Made by a program: the position numbers and the translations under genes. This document shows, piece by piece, positions 8,079-14,719 of a stretch of DNA of 32,000 nucleotides. A model generated the notes under the pieces. That model ran no database searches and was not told the origin of the DNA. It saw only the letters and a list, made by a program, of their open reading frames with translations. Numbering within the stretch: position 1 is the first letter of the stretch; every line of letters starts with the position of its first letter. Origin of the DNA: Planctomycetales bacterium (GTDB taxonomy: Bacteria; 4484-113; JAFGCY01); the NCBI GenBank assembly GCA_022646745.1, contig CP060262.1:660001-692000 (forward strand), written 5' to 3'.

Positions 8079-8966
8079 CTAGCGGCGAGAGATCACGATC
8101 GCGTCATCCGTGACGTCGTACTTCAGGTCGTAGGCCATGCAGAGGATGTCCAGTGCCGCCTTGAGCGACAGGCCCTTCTGCGTGAAGTTGAGGTTGACTT
8201 CAGTATCGTCAATCCCGTTGCCGACAACCACGTTGAAGCCGCTGTCCGCCACGATGCGCAGGATCGCCTCGTCAAAGGGCATGCCCTTGAGCTCCACCTT
8301 GGCGGCCGGCACCTTGTCCAGGTCAAACTTGCGGTAGCTCTGGGCTCCACTGTTGTCAAAGGCCGGGCGCACCGGGGTGTCCTGGGCGCTGCTGTTGTTG
8401 CTGACCGGCTGGGCCTGGGTGTCACCGCCCTGGTCAGTCGCCGGGGTGGCCTGCACGGGTTCCGTCGTGTTGTTGGCAGGAGGATTGTCATTCGCCGGCG
8501 GATCGTCGGCTGGCGGGTTGTCAGCTGCGGGGCTGTCCGCCGGGCTGCTGCCCAGCTTCCACAGCGGCTTGATGATCTCAACCTCGATGCGGCCGTCACG
8601 GGGCACCACCAGCGCATCCGCCGGTGAGCAGAGCTTGCCGAGGTAGATCGAGATCATCCCGCCCCCCTCGATCTTCGAGAAGCGGGTGAAGCGGTAGAAG
8701 CTTTCGCCATGTTCGTCGCTCACCTTCAGCTTGTCGCCCTTGAGCTGGGCGGAACCGAAGTTGAGGCCGGGCACCTTGATCTTGACGATGTTCGCGCCGT
8801 AGTCGAATACCTTGTCTATCTCGGGCATCTCACTGACGCTGAAGCTCAGTGTGATCTTCTTCTCGCTGACCTTGGCATCCGTCGCGGTCAGTTCCGCGGC
8901 GCGCGCGGCCGAATGGCCTGCGATCAGCAGCGCCAGAGCCAGCAAAGTGATAAGTGAACTGCGCAT
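8079..8966 (-). CDS. secreted protein: AMIN-like N-terminal domain, Pro/Asp/Asn-rich linker, C-terminal STN/secretin-N0-like domain (PilQ N-terminus-like, no secretin pore domain)
   Basis: ATG at 8966 is preceded by AGGGAGA. Signal peptide MRSSLITLLALALLIAGHSAARA. Linker PADSPAADNPPADDPPANDNPPANN. The C-terminus MPFDEAILRIVADSGFNVVVGNGIDDTEVNLNFTQKGLSLKAALDILCMAYDLKYDVTDDAIVI matches the STN/N0 pattern. Confidence 0.6.
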   Translation of the reverse strand: MRSSLITLLALALLIAGHSAARAAELTATDAKVSEKKITLSFSVSEMPEIDKVFDYGANIVKIKVPGLNFGSAQLKGDKLKVSDEHGESFYRFTRFSKIEGGGMISIYLGKLCSPADALVVPRDGRIEVEIIKPLWKLGSSPADSPAADNPPADDPPANDNPPANNTTEPVQATPATDQGGDTQAQPVSNNSSAQDTPVRPAFDNSGAQSYRKFDLDKVPAAKVELKGMPFDEAILRIVADSGFNVVVGNGIDDTEVNLNFTQKGLSLKAALDILCMAYDLKYDVTDDAIVISRR

Positions 8967-9006
8967 CGGTTCTCCCTGCAAGGTCATTCCTTCTGCGGAA
9001 TACCCT

Positions 9007-9035
9007 ATTATATGTAGACGAGCCCATCAGGTCAA
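9007..9035 (-). promoter_or_regulatory. near-consensus sigma70 promoter for the AMIN/STN gene
   Basis: The minus strand reads TTGACC (9035-9030), an exact 17-nt spacer, then TATAAT (9012-9007). The predicted TSS is near 9000, about 34 nt upstream of the ATG at 8966. Confidence 0.6.
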
Positions 9036-9052
9036 AGTTCTATTGATGAATT

Positions 9053-10006
9053 GTGAATAAGCTTCTCGATGCAACCGCCTCCCTCGCCGCCCGCCTTGAT
9101 GGCCGGATGCTGCTGCAGTACGTCGAAAGCTGCCCCTCCACCAGTGACCTCGTTAAGGAGCAGTTCGCCGTGCGCGGGCTGACCGAGCCGCTGCTGGTCT
9201 GCACAGACGCCCAGCCCGAGGGCCGCGGCACCAGGGGCCGCAGCTGGAGCATGCAGCCCGGGCAGGACATCGCGTTCTCGCTTGGCCTGCCGCTCACAAG
9301 TGGGCTTGAGCCCAGTCCCCGCCTGCCACTGGCGCTTTCGGTGCTGCTGGGCCAGAGCATTTCCAACCTCGTGCGCGAACAGTGGCGCGCGGCCCGGCTG
9401 TACCAGCAGGAGGATGATCCCGGCGGGGATGAACAGGCCACGACCGGCGAGCGGGTCACCCGTGCCATCAATGAGGCCCGTGACAGCCTGGCCAGCCGTA
9501 TATGCGCCGTGAAATGGCCCAATGACCTGCTGATGGCGCGCCGCGGCCTGGATGGGGAGCTGCAGTACCGTAAGTGCGGCGGGATCCTGACAGAGCACCT
9601 GCCGGGCCTGCTTGTGATCGGAATCGGCCTCAACGTGAACTCCACTGCAGCAGACTTCGCAGCGGAGCTGGCTGCTCGCCTGACCACAGTGCGGGACTGC
9701 TGCGGAATTCAGCTGGACCGCGAGGCCCTGTTCAGCGGGATCGTGATGCGGCTCTACGGAAAAATGGTATTCAACGGCATCCTGCAGGGCTACAGCGCGG
9801 CGGACGACTCTGCGATCCGCGAACTGGAGCCGGACTGGCGGGAACTGGACCGCAGCGCTGGCCAGCGCTGGCTGCTGAATCGCGAGGGGAAAACCATCCC
9901 GGTGACAGCCACACATGTCGACTTCGCCAGCGGCCATCTGTATGTGCAGGATGAGGCCGGCAATCAATATGAAATCGAAAGCTATTCGGAACTGGAATCG
10001 CAGTAG
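9053..10006 (+). CDS. birA: biotin--[acetyl-CoA-carboxylase] ligase, group I (no N-terminal HTH)
   Basis: Biotin/bio-AMP loop GRGTRGRSW (9221-9247), followed by KWPNDLL and GGILTE. GTG start at 9053 is uncertain. The protein carries roughly 40 aa of insertions compared with typical group I ligases. Confidence 0.85.
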   Translation: MNKLLDATASLAARLDGRMLLQYVESCPSTSDLVKEQFAVRGLTEPLLVCTDAQPEGRGTRGRSWSMQPGQDIAFSLGLPLTSGLEPSPRLPLALSVLLGQSISNLVREQWRAARLYQQEDDPGGDEQATTGERVTRAINEARDSLASRICAVKWPNDLLMARRGLDGELQYRKCGGILTEHLPGLLVIGIGLNVNSTAADFAAELAARLTTVRDCCGIQLDREALFSGIVMRLYGKMVFNGILQGYSAADDSAIRELEPDWRELDRSAGQRWLLNREGKTIPVTATHVDFASGHLYVQDEAGNQYEIESYSELESQ

Positions 10007-10089
10007 TCAGTGATCAGTAGTCAGTGGTCAGGAAAATGAATCGAACCGAATAGCATTTCTGACCACTGACCACTGACTACTGACCACTG
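10001..10089. repeat. long imperfect hairpin whose arms are tandem heptamers (CAGTRRT)x4.5 / (CTGACYA)x4.5
   Basis: Left arm 10001-10032 contains the birA TAG stop (10004-10006). The loop (10033-10058) is AT-rich. Right arm is 10059-10089. The inner 10 bp pair perfectly (10022-10031 with 10059-10068). Confidence 0.8.
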
Positions 10090-10105
10090 TTAAACTGGTC
10101 TTCCC

Positions 10106-12205
10106 ATGACTGACAACCCGCTTCCCCGCGCCGCACTGAACTACCCTGACTCCCGCCTCGATTCCACTGTTGACGACTACCACGGCGAGCAGGTGGCCGA
10201 TCCCTACCGCTGGCTGGAGGAGATCCGCAGTGCTGAGACCGAAGCCTGGGTAGATGCCCAGAACGAGCTGACAGAGGGTTACCTCTCCGCCATCGATGAG
10301 CGCAGCGCCATCCTGGATCGCCTGATGAGGCTGGCGACCGGCGGGCACCGCGGTCTGCCGCAAGAGGCCGGCGGGTTGTACTTCCGCATGCTCAATGACG
10401 GCAGCCATGACCAGGACCAGCTATTCGTCAGTGAAGGACTGGACGGCGAGCCGCGCCTGCTGCTGGACCCGAATACTTTCTCAGACAACGGCAGCGTATC
10501 GCTGGCAATGTGGAGCCCATCCCGCGATGGCACGAAACTGCTCTACGGCACCAGCGAAAGTGGCAGCGACTGGACGACCTGGCGCGTGCGTGATGTGGCG
10601 ACAGGCGCGGACCTGCCAGACATAACCCGCTGGGGCAAGTATGCCAACGCCGCCTGGGAAACGGACGGCAGTTCCTTCATCTACAAACGCTACCCTGAGC
10701 CGCAGCCGGGCCGCGAGCACATGGACGGCAGCCACGCCGCCAGCATCCACCGCCATGTCCTCGGCGAGGAACAGGCAGCTGATGCCATGCTGTTCTCCAT
10801 GCCTGACAGGCAGGACGAGGGCATTTTCTTTGGCCTGAACCACCTACGTGACCTGCTGGTGATTTACAACGGCCGCCGCGGGATGCCCGGCAACCGCATC
10901 ATCCTGATCGACCTGCAGGGCGATGCGCAGCCCGTGGTGCTGGTTGACAGCTACGATCACAGCCTGTTCCTGCTTGGCAACGATGCGGACAGGCTATGGT
11001 TCCGCACTGACCACAATGCACCGAACCACCGCATCATCGAGATTGAGCGCGGCAGTCCCGACCCGGCAAACTGGCGTGAGCTTGTGCCGGAGCAGCCTGA
11101 GGCACTGCGCGTGGCAGCGCTGTATGGCGGTTGCTTCGCCTGCCAGTACCTTGAGCACGCCGCCAGCGTGATGCGCGTGTTCGCCACCGATGGCACTGAG
11201 CTGGACAGGCTCGCCCTTCCGGGAAATGGCAACGTTGAGAACATGCATGGCAGTGCCGGCTCCGGCGAGTTCTTCCTTGACTACACCGATGCCATCACCC
11301 CGGATTGCACATTGCGGGTTGACATCTCTGCTCTTCCATCCGGCAATGCCAGCGTTACCGCCATCGATCCGGCACCTGACAACGGCTGGGACCCGGCGCT
11401 CTACGAAACCAGCACCATGTTCTATGAAAGTGCCGACGGCACCCGCGTGCCGCTGCATCTTGCACACAGGAAGGGCCTGAAGCCGGGAAACTACCTTCCG
11501 ACCATCCTCTACGGCTACGGCGGCTTCAACATCGCGCAGATCCCGAAGTTCACCCCGGCGCGCGCCGCCTGGCTGGAGATGGGCGGCCTGTTCGCCATCG
11601 CCGGCATCCGCGGTGGCAGCGAGTACGGCAAGGCCTGGCACCATGCGGCAATCAAGCAGAACCGCCAACGTGCCTATGAGGACTTCATCGCCGCCGCCGA
11701 GTATCTGCTGAGGGAAGGCTGGACCACGCGCGAGCAGCTCGCGATCCAGGGCCGCAGCAATGGCGGGCTTTTGGTCGGGGCCGTGATGTGCCAGCGGCCG
11801 GAGCTGTTCGCCGTCGCCCTGCCGCAGGTCGGCGTGATGGACATGCTGCGATTCAACCAGTTCACGGCCGGCCCCTTCTGGGAGAGCGATTACGGCAGCC
11901 CGCAGAATGAGGCGGAGTACCGCGCAATCCGCGCCTACTCGCCGCTGCATAACCTGCACGAAGGGACCTGCTACCCGTCCACGCTTGTTACCACCGGGGA
12001 CACCGACGACCGTGTTGTGCCCAGCCACAGCTACAAGTTCGCCGCCCGCCTGCAGGCGGTGCAGTCCTGTGACAAACCTACGCTTATCCGCATCGACACC
12101 CGTGCCGGACATGGCCAGGGCAAGCCAATTGCGCAGGAGATGCGCGAATTCGCGGACATGTACGCCTTTGCGCTGCACAACATGGGGGTCACGACTGTGT
12201 CGTGA
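10106..12205 (+). CDS. prolyl oligopeptidase (S9A family), cytoplasmic form
   Basis: N-terminal DDYHGEQVADPYRWLE. Catalytic triad contexts GRSNGGLL (Ser), TGDTDDRV (Asp) and RAGHGQGK (His). No signal peptide. Confidence 0.93.
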   Translation: MTDNPLPRAALNYPDSRLDSTVDDYHGEQVADPYRWLEEIRSAETEAWVDAQNELTEGYLSAIDERSAILDRLMRLATGGHRGLPQEAGGLYFRMLNDGSHDQDQLFVSEGLDGEPRLLLDPNTFSDNGSVSLAMWSPSRDGTKLLYGTSESGSDWTTWRVRDVATGADLPDITRWGKYANAAWETDGSSFIYKRYPEPQPGREHMDGSHAASIHRHVLGEEQAADAMLFSMPDRQDEGIFFGLNHLRDLLVIYNGRRGMPGNRIILIDLQGDAQPVVLVDSYDHSLFLLGNDADRLWFRTDHNAPNHRIIEIERGSPDPANWRELVPEQPEALRVAALYGGCFACQYLEHAASVMRVFATDGTELDRLALPGNGNVENMHGSAGSGEFFLDYTDAITPDCTLRVDISALPSGNASVTAIDPAPDNGWDPALYETSTMFYESADGTRVPLHLAHRKGLKPGNYLPTILYGYGGFNIAQIPKFTPARAAWLEMGGLFAIAGIRGGSEYGKAWHHAAIKQNRQRAYEDFIAAAEYLLREGWTTREQLAIQGRSNGGLLVGAVMCQRPELFAVALPQVGVMDMLRFNQFTAGPFWESDYGSPQNEAEYRAIRAYSPLHNLHEGTCYPSTLVTTGDTDDRVVPSHSYKFAARLQAVQSCDKPTLIRIDTRAGHGQGKPIAQEMREFADMYAFALHNMGVTTVS

Positions 12206-12215
12206 CCAGGTTACT

Positions 12216-12313
12216 GGGTGCTGGTTGTAGGATGCAGCAGAGGGAGAAACCAAGCGCATAAGATCGCCATCAAGATACAATCTGCTTCCTACTGCAACCA
12301 GCAACCTGCACCC
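12216..12313. repeat. imperfect inverted repeat in the spacer between the two peptidase genes
   Basis: GGGTGCTGGTTGTAGGATGCAGCAG (12216-12240) against CTGCTTCCTACTGCAACCAGCAACCTGCACCC (12282-12313). GCTGGTTG/CAACCAGC and TAGGA/TCCTA pair, with indels. Confidence 0.35.
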
Positions 12314-12360
12314 TGCTCCCTCTTCTATACTCAGAGTCCACTTCGATAGCTGGAGTCAAT

Positions 12361-14526
12361 ATGAATAACGCGCACGCTCGCGGCCTGTACCGCATCTTGG
12401 CCTTTGCCCTGCTGGCAACGCTGGCAGCCCTGACACCCGTCCTCGCCCAGGGACTCGACTATCCCGAGGCCCGGCGCGGCGATGTGGTGGACGACTACCA
12501 CGGCACGCAGGTAGCCGACCCCTACCGCTGGATGGAGGAGCTCGGTAGCGATGAGCTGAAGCAGTGGGTCGATGCCGAGAACGAGCTGACCTTCAGCTAC
12601 CTCGACGGCATAGCCGGGCGGGACGCTGTCTATGAGCGCATGATGCAGCGCGTTGACTATGAACGCTTCAGCGCACCGGCAGAGGCCGGTGGACGTTATT
12701 TCTTCACCCGCAATGATGGCCTGCAAAACCAGAGTGTGCTTTATGTGAGCGAGGGCCTGGACGGTGAGGCCCGCGTGATCCTAGACCCGAACGCATTCTC
12801 GGATGACAGCTCCGTCTCGCTTGCCAGCTGGCAACCCAGTGACGACGGCACGTTGCTTCTCTATGCCAAGAGCGTCAGCGGCTCAGACTGGTGCGAATGG
12901 CAGGTGCGTGACGTGGCGACTGGTGAGGACCTGCCGGACCTCGTGCAGTGGGGCAAGTTCGGCGTCGCCAGCTGGGGAGCCGGCAATGCAGGCTTCTACT
13001 ACCTGACCTTCCCGGTTCCCGCCGAAGGTGAGGAGTTCACCGCAGCCAATGTTGACAGGAAGACCATGTACCATGCCATCGGCACTGAGCAGTCCGCCGA
13101 TGAGCTGGTTTACGAACTGCCGGAGCACCCGGACTGGTGGATCAGCGCCGGCACCAATGAGCAGCGCGACCTGCTGGTGATCTACTTAAGCGAGCGCGGC
13201 AGCACCGGCAACCGGATCTACCTGATGGACCCCGCCGACCCTGCACACACGGTTGAGAAGCTGATTGACATTGACGATGCCGACTTCGGCTTCCTTGGCA
13301 ACGACGGGGATCGGATGTGGTTCCAGACCACGCTTGATGCGCCGCGCGGGCGCATAGTCGAGATCGACCGCCGCAACCCGGAGCGCGCCAACTGGCAGGA
13401 AGTGATCCCTGAGAGCCGCTTCCCGTTGTCCGGGGTGAGCCTCACCGGCGGCCGGATGCTCTGCGAATACCTGCAGGATGCGCGCAGCGCTGTGAAGGTC
13501 TACGACATGGATGGCAACTTTGTGCAGGACCTGCAGCTGCCGGGTGTCGGCAGCGCCGGAGGCTTCGGCGGGCGGATGGATGCCAGCGAGGTGTTCTATA
13601 CCTACACGGACATGACGACGCCGGGCACGATCTACCGCCTCAACCTGGCAACACTGGAAAGTGAACTGTATCGCCAGCCCGAGCTCAGCTTCGACCCGTC
13701 CAACTACGTCGGCGAATTCCGCTTCTATCGCAGCAAGGACGGCACTGCCGTGCCGCTGTTCCTCGCGCACCACAAGGACATCGTGCTGGATGGCAGCAAC
13801 CCGACCGTGCTCTATGGCTACGGCGGCTTCAATTCCAGCCAGGGCCCGTACTTCTCCACCAGCCGCACGGTCTGGATGGACATGGGCGGCGTGTGGGCGA
13901 TCGCCTGCATCCGCGGCGGCGGCGAATACGGCGAGGCCTGGCACCAGGCGGCCATCAAGACCAATCGCCAGGTGGCCTATGACGACTTCATTGCGGCTGC
14001 TGAGTTCCTGATTGACAGCGGCTACACCTCACGCGGCAAACTTGCCGTGATGGGTGGCAGCAATGGCGGCCTGCTGGTCGGCGCGGTGATGACGCAGCGT
14101 CCCGAGCTGTTCGCGGCGGCCCTGCCGCAGGTAGGTGTGATGGACATGCTGCGCTTCAACCAGTTCACCGCCGGTGGTGGCTGGGAAAGCGACTTCGGCA
14201 GCCCGCAGGACCCCGAGGAGTTCAAGGCGCTGTACGCCTACTCTCCGCTGCACAACCTGCGCGAGGGAGTCTGCTACCCGCCGACCCTGGCAACCACCGC
14301 CGACACGGATGACCGCGTGGTGCCGAGCCACACCTTCAAGTTCACGGCGCAGATCCAGCATGTGCAGGCCTGTGACAACCCGGTGCTGGTGCGTGTGGAG
14401 ACCCAGGCCGGGCATGGCGCGGGCAAGCCGCTGGCCAAGAGCATCGCGGAATTCTCCGACCTGATGTGCTTCGCCCTGCACAACATGGGCGTTGACATCC
14501 CCGCAGCGCTGACGCGTTTTGAGTGA
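12361..14526 (+). CDS. prolyl oligopeptidase (S9A family), secreted/periplasmic paralog
   Basis: Signal peptide MNNAHARGLYRILAFALLATLAALTPVLAQG. DDYHGTQVADPYRWME. Triad contexts GGSNGGLL, TADTDDRV and QAGHGAGK. TGGAG RBS 5 nt upstream. TATACT at 12326-12331 is a possible -10. Confidence 0.93.
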   Translation: MNNAHARGLYRILAFALLATLAALTPVLAQGLDYPEARRGDVVDDYHGTQVADPYRWMEELGSDELKQWVDAENELTFSYLDGIAGRDAVYERMMQRVDYERFSAPAEAGGRYFFTRNDGLQNQSVLYVSEGLDGEARVILDPNAFSDDSSVSLASWQPSDDGTLLLYAKSVSGSDWCEWQVRDVATGEDLPDLVQWGKFGVASWGAGNAGFYYLTFPVPAEGEEFTAANVDRKTMYHAIGTEQSADELVYELPEHPDWWISAGTNEQRDLLVIYLSERGSTGNRIYLMDPADPAHTVEKLIDIDDADFGFLGNDGDRMWFQTTLDAPRGRIVEIDRRNPERANWQEVIPESRFPLSGVSLTGGRMLCEYLQDARSAVKVYDMDGNFVQDLQLPGVGSAGGFGGRMDASEVFYTYTDMTTPGTIYRLNLATLESELYRQPELSFDPSNYVGEFRFYRSKDGTAVPLFLAHHKDIVLDGSNPTVLYGYGGFNSSQGPYFSTSRTVWMDMGGVWAIACIRGGGEYGEAWHQAAIKTNRQVAYDDFIAAAEFLIDSGYTSRGKLAVMGGSNGGLLVGAVMTQRPELFAAALPQVGVMDMLRFNQFTAGGGWESDFGSPQDPEEFKALYAYSPLHNLREGVCYPPTLATTADTDDRVVPSHTFKFTAQIQHVQACDNPVLVRVETQAGHGAGKPLAKSIAEFSDLMCFALHNMGVDIPAALTRFE

Positions 14527-14719
14527 GGAGCAATGAGCAAGGAGCAATGAGCCCAGCTACTGTTTCCTGATTCCCGGGCAAGCGCGCTCGTCCATGCTGT
14601 TGCCTGAACAATCTGGCAACATGACGGAAAAAGCCGTACAGCAATGGATTGGACCTGTCTGCCGGAATTCGCAGGGAAGCAACCGGAGGCTCATTGCTCC
14701 TTACTCATAACTCATTGCT
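14527..14719. repeat. inverted repeat with tandem-oligomer arms bracketing the convergent-gene spacer
   Basis: Left arm GGAGCAATGAGCAAGGAGCAATGAGC (14527-14552) starts directly after the peptidase TGA. Right arm GCTCATTGCTCCTTACTCATAACTCATTGCT (14689-14719) abuts the helicase TAG (14718-14720). There is a 14-bp perfect core (14539-14552 with 14689-14702) plus a 9-bp outer segment. About 135 nt lie between the arms. Confidence 0.8.

Noticed and set aside
10001-10089. Whether the tandem heptamers here, or those at 29731-29751, could be a CRISPR-like array
   Set aside because: The repeat units are 7 nt, directly adjacent and without spacers. No cas genes are present. This is simple-sequence tandem repetition arranged as an inverted repeat, not a CRISPR array.
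10994-12304. A 436-aa minus-strand ORF antisense to the first prolyl oligopeptidase. Similar long antisense ORFs occur at 3522-4748, 6328-7245, 9032-9967, 13186-13944, 15744-16709, 22962-23906 and 23759-24610.
   Set aside because: The explanation is the same. Each lies opposite a gene with clear family motifs, has a biased Arg/Ala/Gly/His composition and has no RBS. These are GC-rich antisense artefacts, not overlapping genes.
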